DNA of 64,000 nucleotides from Balamuthia mandrillaris. Its lineage: Eukaryota. Below the pieces are notes generated by a model, which had not been told where the DNA came from, ran no database searches, and worked only from the letters and a program-made list of their open reading frames with translations. The stretch covers positions 1 through 64,000 of the forward strand of contig JAVKOQ020000092.1 in NCBI GenBank assembly GCA_031835245.2, written 5' to 3'. The position numbers and the translations under genes were made by a program. Of this stretch, positions 24,283 through 36,439 are shown in pieces (within the stretch, counting starts at the first letter, position 1; every line of letters begins with the position of its first letter).

Positions 24283-25653
24283 TCATAGCTTGCGATGCCA
24301 ATTCTTGACGGTGTGTTGGGCGTTGAGCCACCAGGCATGCAAGTCGTAGGCATCCAACGCGTCGTAAAACATGAACCACCACACCGAGGCCGCATCCTTT
24401 GGCACCTCCAAGATAGGCACGTCTCTCGCTTCTTCCTTCCTCCGTACCACGTTCTCTCCCAACCACAACTTTGCCTCCTCGCCCCCGGCCATGTGGAAGA
24501 GACGCATGGGGTGATAGGCCTGCCGTCGCACGTTGTAGGCGTAGGGCAACCATCGCAGCCCTTGCGAGGGTCTGTCGAAGAAGCGATGGAGGTAGGGCTG
24601 ATCCGCAATGCATCCCTCCTTCTTGAACAATCCTTGCCAGTCTTTGATGAGGTCCTTTGCCGTCTTGCTGGAAGGACGCAGCACCAGCATGCCCGAGTTG
24701 ATGCTTCTCTTGTTGTGTCCGGGAGCTCCAAAGTGAGCGGCATAAACCTGACCGACGGATAATGGAAGGCGGAAGAGTTCGTCCAGGTTATCCAAGAGCA
24801 TGATGTCGCAGTCCACATAGATCAGCCGGTCATACTCGGTGAGGTTCCACACGTGGAACCGCATGTGCTCCCCTGGGAACCTCGCGTACTGGTTCTGCGC
24901 TCGCGCTCCCTCGTGCTTACAATCCAAGGGAGGCCGTTCCAGCACCTGCCAACCGGCCCGGGCGAGGGCTTCCCTGGACTCAGGCCCCACGTCATAGCTG
25001 ACGATGGCCAAGAGGTTGTCCGCGTGGCAGGAGAACTTGCGGATGGAGTGGGCCAAGGCCACGGCCGGGATGACGTAGGCATCGTTGATGGTGGCCGTCA
25101 CCCATCCCACCTTGCCGCCTTCTCCCGTGCTTGTGTAGGCCTGCTGACAGCAAAAGAGCTCCGAGTTGCTCCAGAGGAAGCGTCGGTGATTGTACTCGGT
25201 GAGGGCCATCATCATGTGAAGGTCCTCGAGCTCCACCTCACGGAAGGCTTCGGCGTCTTCCGGGGAGTTCAACCTGTTCTGTGCGACGGATATAAGGTCT
25301 GTGGGTGCTTCCTCTTCCGTCGTGTTGCTCTTGATGCTCCTTGTGGAGAGGTGGTATTGAATGCGTTGGGCGAGGTCCGCGTCGTCGATGTAGTTGAGCG
25401 TTTCACATGTTTTGGAGGAAGCAGAAGCAGGTCGAGGAGGAGAGGAAGGAGGAGAAGGAGAAAGAGGAAAAGAGGAGGTAAGCGGCGGTGGACGGGAGTA
25501 AGGAGCGCCGTCGCGAACGGGGCGGATTTGCTTCGTGGTGGTTTGGTAGGATGAGAAGAAAAAAACCCAGTTGGAGAAGAGAGAGACCACCAACAACAGG
25601 AGGAGCACCAGGTTCGGTCGTCCCACTCGCAAGCTGAGCCGCCGCACCGCCAT
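24283..25653 (-). CDS. GT8 glycosyltransferase, paralogue 3
   Basis: Same motifs; tandem copy. Confidence 0.88.
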   Translation of the reverse strand: MAVRRLSLRVGRPNLVLLLLLVVSLFSNWVFFFSSYQTTTKQIRPVRDGAPYSRPPPLTSSFPLSPSPPSSPPRPASASSKTCETLNYIDDADLAQRIQYHLSTRSIKSNTTEEEAPTDLISVAQNRLNSPEDAEAFREVELEDLHMMMALTEYNHRRFLWSNSELFCCQQAYTSTGEGGKVGWVTATINDAYVIPAVALAHSIRKFSCHADNLLAIVSYDVGPESREALARAGWQVLERPPLDCKHEGARAQNQYARFPGEHMRFHVWNLTEYDRLIYVDCDIMLLDNLDELFRLPLSVGQVYAAHFGAPGHNKRSINSGMLVLRPSSKTAKDLIKDWQGLFKKEGCIADQPYLHRFFDRPSQGLRWLPYAYNVRRQAYHPMRLFHMAGGEEAKLWLGENVVRRKEEARDVPILEVPKDAASVWWFMFYDALDAYDLHAWWLNAQHTVKNWHRKL

Positions 25654-25857
25654 TCCTCCGCCTATCTATCTTCTTTGTCTATTTTTTGGCGTTCGTTCAA
25701 TTAATTGAGACCCAGATCAGATGACGTCATGTGATCTCATGAATTCAAATCTTTAAAGCGATTGGCGGAAAATTCATACAAATTAATTAAAAATGACGTC
25801 ACGAAATCCAAAAAGGAAAAAGAGAGAAAAGAAAGAAGTGGCCACACCGCACGAATC

Positions 25858-28800
25858 ATGGTGGTGTTTGCTCTTGTCGAGGCTGTTGCTGTGCCTGCCC
25901 TCAACCACACCAAAATATATCGATGGCAGGTTTTGCTTTTTGCGGTGCTTGGCCTCTGGTTGTTGGCTGCCGGCAGCGCTGTAGCTGAAGAGCGAGCTCA
26001 GGAGGAGCCTCTCAGTGCCACAAGCCCTCTCGCCACGAACGAGGTTGGTGTCCACAGCAGCCACAACAACGCCACTTCGGTGCCCACGGCCTCCATCGCT
26101 GCTGCCACGTCTTCTCCTGTGCTTCAGTCTGACCTCATTCACGCTGGAGCATCCTCGCTTCACGAGGAAGGAGACGAAGGACAAGGGCCAACAAATGACC
26201 ACCACCAAGAACATGGAGAACACGCAGCTGCCACTCACCACAGTAAACCCTCTGTGCTTCTCCCAACGATGGTTTATCCTGTCAAGTACGAGCTGTCGTT
26301 GCAACCAAACCTGCAAAACTTCACTTTTTCTGGCACTGAAAAGATTTTGGTATTATTACTCTCCTTCACGTTTACGTCTCTTCCTCTCTCTCTCTCTCTC
26401 TTTCTCTGTCTTATTTCTTTCTTGTTCTTCCATTTGTTCTCCTTTTTCTCTTCTGTTTGCTTTTTTTAAAAACGTGTTATGCTTGTCTTTTTCTTCTGAT
26501 CAAACATCAAACAGCTTCACGTGAGACAAGCAACAAACACGATTGTCTTGCACGCCGCAGACTTGGAAGTGGTTGAAGCTCGTTTGGAAGTGCAAACTAC
26601 AGAACCGAGCGAGTCAGCACTAACAAAAACCGCAGCGGTATTAGAGCTTCCAGCAGAGGTGATCAATCTCAACTCCACTGAGCAAACGCTAACTCTTGTG
26701 TTTGGCCGAGCATTGGAGAGAGGAGCACACCCGGTGCTCTATATCTCGTTTCGTGGCGCTCTCAATGACCAAATGGCTGGTTTCTATCGTGCTCTCTATC
26801 AAGATGACAAGTTTGGTGTTCTTCCATTTTATTCGCCCCTCTGCTTCTTCTCTGCTTCTGCTTCTCTTCTTCTCTTCTTTTTATTTGTTTTGTTTTCCTC
26901 TCTTTCGTCCTTTCACGAGAAAGACTTATTTATTGGAGCATAGGTACATGGCGGTAACGCAGTTCGAACCAGTAGATGCAAGGAAAGCATTTCCATGTTG
27001 GGATGAACCAGCCATCAAAGCAACTTTTTCCATTGCTTTGACGATACCGAGCCACCTCGTCGCCATTTCTAACGGTCCGGTCATTCAAGAGCTTCCAGAT
27101 CCTATTGATCCTTCTCTTAAGGTCTTGTTCTTCTCCTTGTTCTTCTCATCCTCTTCTTCTTTTTCTTCCTCCTCCTCCTCTTCTCTTCGCCGTGTTATTA
27201 TTAGTTTCTTTTCGTAAAAGAGCAACGAGCTTATTGCTTTAAACAGACAGTGTATTTTGGAGAGACACCTAAAATGTCAACTTATTTGGTCGCGTTTGTT
27301 GTTGGCGAGTTCGACTTTGTGGAAGACGTTACAGCAGAGAATGTTTCCGTCCGAGTCTACACTCCTCCTGAAAAACAACACCTCGGACGTTTTGCGCTTG
27401 ATGTTGCAAGTCAGTCTCGTTTCTTCTCCTCTCTCACTCTCTACTTCTCTATTTTACTGACATCTTTGTTTTCAAAACCAACAGCACGAACATTGTCTTA
27501 TTTTACCGAGTATTTTGGCATTGCTTATCCGCTGCCGAAACTGGATCTTGTGGCTGTACCTGACTTCGCAGCTGGCGCCATGGAAAATTGGTTCTCTCTC
27601 TCTATCTCCCTCGTTTCAAGCTTTTACTAATAATGATGCACATTTAAGGGGTTGTGTAACGTTCAGAGAAGCTCTTCTGCTTATTGATCCGACGGCATCA
27701 TCGTTGCGTGCGAAGCAAATGGTAGCATATGTGGTGGCACACGAGTTGGCACATCAATGGTTTGGTAACCTCGTTACTATGCAATGGTGGACCCATTTGT
27801 GGCTCAACGAGGGCTTTGCCACCTGGGTTGGTAACTTGGCTGTTGATCATCTCTTTCCTGGTAACTTCTCAATCTCTCTTTTTAACCGAATAGGCAAACC
27901 ATCTAATATTTTTTCTTGCAATGTAACAGAATGGGACATTTGGACTCAGTTTTTGACGGATTACGTGTGCAGCGGGTTGCAGCTGGATTCACTGGAAAGT
28001 TCTCATGCTATCGAAGTGGATGTGGATCATCCTGCCGAGATTGGCGAAATCTTTGATGCTATATCGTACGATAAGGGTGCTTCTGTCATTCGCATGCTGG
28101 CAAACTACCTTAATGAAGACACCTTCAAATATGCTCTGCACCGCTATTTGTTGAAGCACACCTACAAAAACGCAGTCACATCTGTAACTTCTATCCTTAA
28201 CTTCTTTACTTCTTATTTTGCCTACTAACTCTCTTCCAAATTAATAGGATTTGTGGAAGTCACTTTCAAAAGCTTCTGGTAAAAAGGTGAATGTGTTAAT
28301 GAACAGATGGGTAAAGGACGTGGGTTATCCAGTTCTTGTTGCCGAAACTTTTGTCAACGAGACTAGCGGTGATCTCATATTACGCGTTTCTCAAGAAAGA
28401 TTTCTTCTCACAGCTGCAACAACCAACAAACCAAACGAAGAACAAACAGACAATGAAGAACAGAGTTGGTGGATACCACTTTCGGTTCTCACAAGCGAAA
28501 ACCAGGGACAGCCAATCGTGCTGAGCCTCTTTGAACCGAACGTGACAAAGGTAGAGAATGATGAAGAAAATCATGAGAAATGGACAGATGAGAATGATGA
28601 CGAGGACGAAGATGAGGAGAAGGAGAACGAGAAAGAGAACAAAGAAAAGGAAGATGAAGAAGACAAAGTGGCCAAAAAACAAAGAAAAAAGGAAGAGAAA
28701 GAATTGAAAAAGCAGAGAAAGAAAGAACGCAAACAACGCAAACGTTTGGAGAAAGACCAGCGCAAACTTATTCACGAAACAAGCCGCCGACAAGCTGAAA

Positions 28801-29845
28801 TCAATGTTTCTGCACTTCTCAAGCTACTTTCTGCAGATACCAATTCTTCTTCTGAAAGCAATCAAGAAAAGACGATGACGACATCATCAACTTTGGTGCC
28901 AACTTGGATAAAGCTTAATGCGTATCAGAGCGGCTTCTTCAGGGTGAAGTACAGTGCTGATATGTTGAAGAACATCGGCACTGCCATCGAACAAACTCTC
29001 CTGTCTTCATCTTCTTGCACTCCTATGTCTTCTTCCTCTCTCACGACGCCTGGACCGTGTTTATCTGCGTCAGATCGATTGGGAATTTTGGATGATGCTT
29101 TTGCGTTAGCAAAAGCTGGACGATTGCCCACCACCCAGGTTCTCGAGTTGCTTTTGGCATACCGTCATGAGACTAGTTATAACGTTTGGATGAGCATGGC
29201 GTTAAACTTGGAGGAGTTGGCTTCTCTCTGGTCCAATTATCAACCGCATGGTTTCTATCTATTCCTTTTGTTTCTTTTATCTTTTTCTACTTTTCTACAT
29301 TTCTTCGTTTGTTTCTTGAGATCTAACGTTGCCACTCAGAACCAGAAACGCAAGAACTGATGAAGGGATATTTACGTTCTGTTTACAATAACATCGGACA
29401 ACGGTTGGGATGGGAGGAATCTTCTCAACAAGAAACCGAGGGCAACACTGACAGTGCTCTCAACATGTTGCTTCGTGCCATTATTCTATCTCAACTTGGC
29501 AGACATGGAGATAAACCAACAATCGCTGAAGCCAAACGACGTTTTGCTGCTGCTGTTTCTCTGCCACAAAGCAACGAAGAAGCAGCAGAAGAGGAAACGA
29601 AAGAACCGATTCATCCTGATTTACATTCCACTGTATATAACACAGTCGTTAAGCATGGCGGAGAGAAAGAATGGGAAGCTGTTTTGAGGTTGTACAGAGA
29701 AGCTGATATGCATGAAGAACGGTTGAGATGCATGTCTGCACTCGGCAGTGCTCTTGATGAAAGTCTGTTGCGGCGCGCTCTCGAATTCTCTCTCTCCGAC
29801 GAAGTGCGTTCGCAAGACACGTTTAGGATGATAGCCTCAGGTATT

Positions 29846-29882
<37 letters not shown>

Positions 29883-30340
29883 TCTCCCTCTTCCGATTCC
29901 TCTCCCTCTTCCTTCTTCTCTGGATTAACAGTGGTTGACATGCACAACCCATAGTGGGAATGAATCCGAAAGGTTCGGAGCTGGCATGGCGCTTTGTGCA
30001 GGAACATTACGAGGAGTTGGAACAACGTTATCATGGACATTTCCTGTTGTTGGGTCGCATCATTTCTGGTGCAATTGCTAACTTTGCATCGGAGGAGAAA
30101 GCGCAGGAAGTGGAAGGTAAGGCCTCCACTTTATTTTTATTCTTATTGCTATCTGTTTTCACTCACTTAAAACTTAAACATAACACAGCTTTCTTTTCTG
30201 ATAAAAACTTGGAAGGCGTCGAACGTACGTTGCAACAAGCCGTAGAAAAAATCAGAGGGCGTGCTGCTTGGCTCAACCGTGATGCCTCTCAACTGCATCA
30301 ATGGCTGCAGCAAAACCGACCTTTCCTTCAATCTTCTTAA
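25858..30340 (+). CDS. M1-family zinc aminopeptidase (puromycin-sensitive aminopeptidase-like) with hydrophobic N-terminus
   Basis: 'TQFEPVDARKAFPCWDEP', 'GAMENW', 'HELAHQWFGNLVT...WLNEGFA', 'YDKGASV', ERAP1_C-like C-terminus. Confidence 0.95.
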
Positions 30341-30436
30341 CTTCCGTTTCTCTTTTTTTTTTCTTCCCTTTGTTCGCCCACTTTATTTTCTTGTTTGTTG
30401 GTTATTAGAAGTACATTCGGATTTGTTTTCCTCACA

Positions 30437-33400
30437 TTATCCATCAGTCGCACGTCGATTGTTATTGTTGCTTTTGTTCTCTTCTTCTCCTCTCAGCACG
30501 TCTCTCTGACTGTTCGCACGCTGCAACAGCGTCTCATGCTTGGCCAAAAAGGCCTTCACGTCCTCATCCACAGCCGCCACCAATGGCAAGAAGTGATAGA
30601 TCCAAGCGGTGAGCGCCGCCTCGTTCTTGGCTTCAAGGAAGTAGTCTCGCTGCCCTCTTCTCGTGTTGCGCAGCTCAAAGCAGAGATTGGAGCGAGCAAT
30701 GCTGACAGCATCGCAGAAGTGGAGGCTGAAACTGGGCAAGAAGATGGAGCCGAGGGGAGAGGTGGCCTTCTCGTCCGCGCTGTAGAAGAGGGAGTTGCCC
30801 TGCAGGCGGAAGAAGCGGTACTTCCAGGCTTTGTGCTTCTCGCCGCGTTTGTGAAGGAAGCCCATGTGAGTGCATTGCTTGAAAATGTCGTTCGTTTGGC
30901 GAGAAGGAAGCGCCGCTGATTGCAGGTTTAAACGACAATTCATTCGTAAGCTTCTCGCAACACAAATAAAAAAAAATGAAGTAACGATTGAGATAAATAC
31001 CTCCTTGAATCTTTTCAAGTTGTTCTTTGATGAGAGTAACCCACTTCTCTTTGGCTTCTGGCGTTTTAGCATCTAGCTTATAACGAGCTCTTCTGGCCAC
31101 CACTTCTCCACCTTCATCATCCACAATCGAACATGAAGAAGTAGAGGAAGACAAAAAGTTGCTACTGTTGTTTTCGTTTGACTTTTTTCTCGTTCTCTCG
31201 GCTCCGCCTTCTCGTTCTGCCCGAAGATTACTATCTTCATCCTCATCCTCATCATTCCCCATCGTAAAACTGGATGCATCACTCTCTCCTCCCGAAGAGA
31301 TAAGCTCAAACGTTGTATTCTCCCCAACGACGTTCGAGGTCTCCTTCAAACCGATATTTTGCAGCAAGAAGAATCCTTGATACTGATATTGGGTTCGGAA
31401 GAGAGCCGTGGTGCTGCGTTGAGAGCCCAATGCAGTGGGAAGTTTCTTGAGCTTGTCACCGATGCTGGTCTTAATGCGGGCGTAGAGCAGCAGGTCGTTG
31501 AAGAGGAAGAACTGGTATTCGGCTTTGTCCCACACTGCTGTAAGTGGGCCTTCGTGAATGAAAGAGCGATGCACCTCCACTAGGTTCTGTAGTTGGGTCA
31601 CAAAGGCAAGTGGCCAGAAGGTAGAATAAAAATAAGTGCTAAAGGAAAGAACGCAGCAAAAAGAGAAGAACATCAAAAAATCAAACCAAATAATTGCCAG
31701 CGATGCTTTCTTGTATTTCAAGCAGCTTCTTCGCTGTCTTGATGTCAGCGTTGGACGTGTTTAGTTGTTGCGCAACTTGTTTTATCTTATGTAATGCTTT
31801 CTCCAAATAATAATGATCTACATGTTCTCTAGGCGTATATTTTAATAGTTCCTATTTTAAATGCAACAGACGAGAAATGTTAAAAATAAGTCTACAAAAA
31901 CTAAGAAACAGAAGAAAGCGAACCTGAAGCAGCAAACGATAACGAGGAATGCGTTGAACGGGCAGGATCAACAAACTATGAATATCCATATCGGTCTGTT
32001 CCGTTCTCTCATCATTAAGTTTCTCTCTCACTTTCTGTTTGACAACAGCAATCATAAGAATGAACTTGGGGAACAAAAAACAAATGGCGAAGAAATAAAT
32101 ACTTCGAGGAACTCTTTTGCAGCGGCGTTGAGAAGCAGTCGTTGAACGCATTCTGAGGCTTCGTGATAGCCACGAATATACTCTCCATACACTTTTAGTG
32201 TTGGAGCCTATTTTTATGATACTAACGTTGAGACAAACCAAAAAGCACGTCAAAGAACAACACAAAAAGTGGAAACAAACCATTTCTACAAATATTTTAG
32301 GAATGCTAGTGAGCAAAGCACTCTCATCAGAGGAGCAAGATCCCACCAAATAGTCTTCCAGCTGTTGAAGAATGGAAGTGTTGTTGGCAATGACAGCGTT
32401 CAGATTGAGGAGAAGCTTTTTGAAAATGTCGCTGTCCTTTTTGTTGTCCAACACTCCAAACTTGGTCGCTTTTTTGCTCAGTGGCGTTAAATAATGCTGT
32501 TAAACCAAAAGAATAAAGAAGACGTTAACTTTGTTTTTCGCTGGTCAAACAGCACAGAGAAAGGAAACAGAAACCAACAACAAGAACCGAGATGTAAAGA
32601 AACAAAAGGATAAAAAAGAAAAAGAAAGAAAGCAAGACAGGTGTTATAAACCTTAAGTAATGCGTTGAGTTGGTAGAGGTAAGTTCGCTCCGTGTCGACA
32701 ATTTCGGCCTCGACTAACGTTCGTCGATTGATAACCATCGACTGCGTTGGTCGGCGGTTTCCTCTCGTTGGTGCTGTTGAATATTATTGTGGATGTTACC
32801 ATTGAGGCGTGCTGATAAAAGAGAACACGTAACAAAAAGAAACAACCAACAAAGAGAAAGAAGCAACGACGAACCAGAGAAACACTAAAAAAGAAAAGGA
32901 CAAGTAGAACAAGAGAGAGAGAGAGAGAGAGAGAGAAGAACCATGAGTTTTTCTTGGCCATTTGATGGACAATATTGAGCCCAGCGGCTGCCTGAAAAAC
33001 GACTCTCCAGCAGCACTTCTCCCTTCCGGCAAGCTCGAGGCCAGCTCCGCGCTGGTCACCGCGGTGGAGTAAATGGTTTGCGGTTTCGTCTTTACTGTCG
33101 TTGTCGTTGCTGCTGTCGAGGTGGTGCTGTTGCTTGCTCTTTCTTCTTGGGTAGCGGGCGTGGCTGCACCCAAGAATTCGCTTTGAAGGAATCGGATGGA
33201 GTCGTTCAACTTTCTTTGGGCGCGACCGATCGTTTTGGTGGAGATGTCCGCTTGCGCATGCTTCGCATCACAAAAGAACGAAGCAAAAGAAGGGGGAAAA
33301 AAATAGAATTAGATCGTTTAAAAGAAAATAGGCGGGCGGTTCTTGTATAATAATAATAAAAATGTATACCTCAGAGTGAACTTCTTCCAATAGGATCTGA

Positions 33401-33450
33401 AGTTGCTTCAAGTCCTCAAACAACACGTTCACAGCAGACCTCCCTTCCAT
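30437..33450 (-). CDS. RhoGEF (DH-PH) with a second PH domain
   Basis: 'EIVDTERTYLYQL', 'SLLILPVQRIPRYRLLL', 'FFLFNDLLLYA', and C-terminal PH 'GFLHKRGEKHKAWKYRFFRL'. Confidence 0.9.
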
Positions 33451-34409
33451 TCTTGTGAACAACAACAACCCAACCTAGGCCTTCTGCCTTCGAAGATCAG
33501 CTTCCCCCTTCTCCCTAGAGCGTTACCACCACTTTCTTCTTCTTGGCCGTTTGGAGAGGTGACGTGTTCAGTCGACAAAATATCCTAAAATGGAGAAGAT
33601 CTCAGTGATCGGACGTCCTTCCAGCAAGACCTCCGCGTCTGCTGGTGGCACCAAAGATGAACAACATTCCTTAGCAGCATTTCCTTCCCTCCGTGACATA
33701 CATGACGCCGCTGAAGAAGAACTCAAAAACTCCCTTTACCTTTGTGTTCGAAGTGGCTTTCCCCCAACAACGCAGACACGTGCCTCCGATTCGTTTCTCT
33801 CTCCCTCTCCTCACTCTTCACTCTCTCTCTCTCTCTACTCTCCAGTCAAAAAAAAAATCAAGCGCTAGCACGCCACGGGGCGGCTGAAAACTAACAAAGC
33901 GAACCGCACCAAAGGTGTCAAAGGTACCACCACTGTGCGGCAGGATTTTTCCCTTGCGTACGACCTACTCTACAAAGGTCGTTCTCGAAGTTCAACAAGC
34001 CCTCAGAGACAACGAACCAAGCGTGCCTCAGTCTTTTCATGCCCCAGTGGTTTAATGTTCTCAAGGAGTGCGGCCTCTTTGACTCCCCCGAGCCACCGCA
34101 ACATCCCTATCTCCACCCGTGCTAGCATCCTGGCACACCTTGGCGATGAATGCAATTGCCTCTCCCACTGCAATGAACCCAAGCGCCGAAAAGAAGGATG
34201 GGGCCTTTCCCAGCAGGACTTACCTTCCATACCGACACCGTGGCCACCAAGCAACTCTTTCGTGGTAACACATATCTCCGCCTCTCCTCCGGAGTGAGCA
34301 GAGCCGGTCAAAGCAGAGACCTCGGCATGACGACACGATCGAAGCCAAGGCCTTATTAATTAACGGGTGCCAAAGAGGAAACAACACGCGCCGCCGATAA
34401 CCCAAAGGA

Positions 34410-35696
34410 ATGGAACAGCTCCACCGAGCACTCGGCCGGCCGAACAGAGTGCTGCTGGTGCTTTTGGGGCTCTCTCTCGCAGCCAACTGGGTGTTTCTCT
34501 TTTCGGCCAGGTCCAGCCTGTCGTCCGGCGAGGCCAGAAACTGCGAGTTTCTGCAAAGACAAAAGCAGAGGGAGGCCCCGTTGACCGCGGAGAATCCGAC
34601 GACGGCGGGGGGCCTCCTCCTTCAAGGCTGTCCCTTCCCCGCTTTCAACTCCGGCGATGAGGACATGAAGCAAGCCTTTCGGTTCTCCCACGTTGCCAAC
34701 CGGACGCTCGACGTCAAGTCGTTTTCGACCGTCACGGTGGCACAAAACAAGGCCTTCAACGAAAACATGACCGCCTTCTACCAGGCCGAGCAGCAGGACC
34801 TCCAAACGGTGATGGCCCTGACGGAGTACAAGCACCGACGCTTTCTCTGGCACCACTCCCACCTCTTCTGCTGCTCCGAGGCATCAACGCTCTACGAGAA
34901 AGTGGGATGGGTGACGGCCACCATCAACGATGCCTACGTCATCCCGGCCGTGGCCTTGGCCCACTCCATCCGCAAGTTCTCCTGCCACGCGGACAACCTC
35001 TTGGCCATCGTTAGCGAGGAGGTCAGCGAGCAGTCCAGGGAAGCCCTCGCCCGGGCCGGTTGGCAGGTGCTGGAACGGCCTCCCTTGGATTGTCAGCACC
35101 AAGGCGGACGACCCACGGATCCAACGGCCAAGTTCCCAGGGGAGCACATGCGCTTCCACGTGTGGAACCTCATCGACTACGACCGGCTGATCTATGTGGA
35201 CTGCGACATCATGCTCCTGGACAACATCGATGAGCTCTTCCACCTGCCTTTGCCTCACGGTCAGATCTACGCCGCTCATTTCGATCCTCCTGGCAGTCGG
35301 CACAACAGCATCAACTCGGGCTTGTTGGTGCTGCGTCCTTCCAGCAAGACCTCCCAGGAGCTCATCCGGGAGTGGCAGGGCTTGTTCTCCACCGCTGGAT
35401 GCCTGCCGGACCAGCCGTACCTTCGTCGATTCTTTGACCGGCCCTCGCAAGGGCTGCGATGGTTGCCCTACGCCTACAACGTGCGGCGGCAGGCCTTCCA
35501 TCCCATGCGCCTCTTCCACATGGCCGGGGGCAAGGAGTACAAGCTGTGGTTGGGAGAGAACGCGGTGAGGAACAAGGGAGAGGCCAGGGATGTGCCTATC
35601 ATGCAGGTGCCCAAGGACGTGGCCTCCGTTTGGTGGTTCATCTTCTACGATGCGTTGGATGCTTACGGCTTGCACGACTGGTGGCAAAACCTCTGA
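34410..35696 (+). CDS. GT8 glycosyltransferase, paralogue 4 (inverted, dispersed copy)
   Basis: Same motifs; long near-identical tracts shared with paralogue 3. Confidence 0.88.
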   Translation: MEQLHRALGRPNRVLLVLLGLSLAANWVFLFSARSSLSSGEARNCEFLQRQKQREAPLTAENPTTAGGLLLQGCPFPAFNSGDEDMKQAFRFSHVANRTLDVKSFSTVTVAQNKAFNENMTAFYQAEQQDLQTVMALTEYKHRRFLWHHSHLFCCSEASTLYEKVGWVTATINDAYVIPAVALAHSIRKFSCHADNLLAIVSEEVSEQSREALARAGWQVLERPPLDCQHQGGRPTDPTAKFPGEHMRFHVWNLIDYDRLIYVDCDIMLLDNIDELFHLPLPHGQIYAAHFDPPGSRHNSINSGLLVLRPSSKTSQELIREWQGLFSTAGCLPDQPYLRRFFDRPSQGLRWLPYAYNVRRQAFHPMRLFHMAGGKEYKLWLGENAVRNKGEARDVPIMQVPKDVASVWWFIFYDALDAYGLHDWWQNL

Positions 35697-35759
35697 AGAA
35701 ACGGTATTTTTATTCTGTTGTTGTTGTTGTTGTTGTTGTTGTTTTGTACAGACTTTGGT

Positions 35760-36206
35760 TTAGAACGGGTGTCCACAGTTGGAACAGAAGCGAGCAGCCG
35801 CTAAGGTGGCCTTGGTCCCACATTCAGGACAAAAGTTGACGCGTGGGGAGGGGGTGGGTCCTTTGGCAGAGGCCGTCGCGTAGGAAGGAGGGTGCCATAC
35901 TTCTGGCGCAGCTGTTCGTGTGGCGGCAACGGGGGCGGTAGCAGCGGAAGACGAAGCGGTGGAGGAGGAGGCAGGAAGGTCTTTGTCGTTTGCAGAGACG
36001 CGAGAAGGGTCTACCGTGTCGTTCTGCTCAGCAGGAAAAAACAAAAGCAAAGGGTTACAGAGAGGCACAGGATCGATGCTAAGAGCAGGGAGAGAGAGAG
36101 AAAAACGAACAACGTAATCTGGATCGGTATCCCATGCATCAGGTTCTCCCTCGAGCGCAAAGTTCTCTGCGGCACCGTGCAACTGCGAGTAGTTATAAAC
36201 GGACAT
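35760..36206 (-). CDS. Small protein with HS1/cortactin-like acidic motif and C-terminal zinc ribbon
   Basis: 'DAWDTDPDYV|ND' and 'FCPECG...FCSNCG'; one intron. Confidence 0.65.
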   Translation of the reverse strand: MSVYNYSQLHGAAENFALEGEPDAWDTDPDYVVRFSLSLPALSIDPVPLCNPLLLFFPAEQNDTVDPSRVSANDKDLPASSSTASSSAATAPVAATRTAAPEVWHPPSYATASAKGPTPSPRVNFCPECGTKATLAAARFCSNCGHPF

Positions 36207-36275
36207 TCTTTCAACCTTCTCTTCTCTTCTTCTCTTTTTCTCTTCTCTTCTTTTTTCGCTTTATGAATTATCATA

Positions 36276-36426
36276 GATTTTCGATATTTTCGATAATTTT
36301 TCTAATTACTATGTAAAATGTTTACAACAGTCGATAAAAATCGTGATGTTGGATTTTCGATATTTTCGATAACTTTATAATTATTATGTAAAATGTTTAC
36401 AACAGTCGATAAAAATCGTGATGCTG
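36276..36426. repeat. Tandem duplication of a ~76-nt AT-rich, TCGA-containing unit
   Basis: Units 36276-36351 and 36352-36426 are nearly identical. Confidence 0.9.
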
Positions 36427-36439
36427 GATTGCCCAATCG

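Noticed and set aside
21714..25554. Long antisense ORFs over the GT8 genes (also 34884-35687)
   Set aside because: Shadow ORFs caused by GC-rich codon bias on the opposite strand.
34003..34100. 'PLGHEKTEARL' resembling an integrase zinc-binding segment
   Set aside because: Too short, and no DDE core or other retroelement motif nearby.
36276..36426. CRISPR-like array
   Set aside because: Only two adjacent copies, no spacers, no cas genes, and a eukaryotic context.
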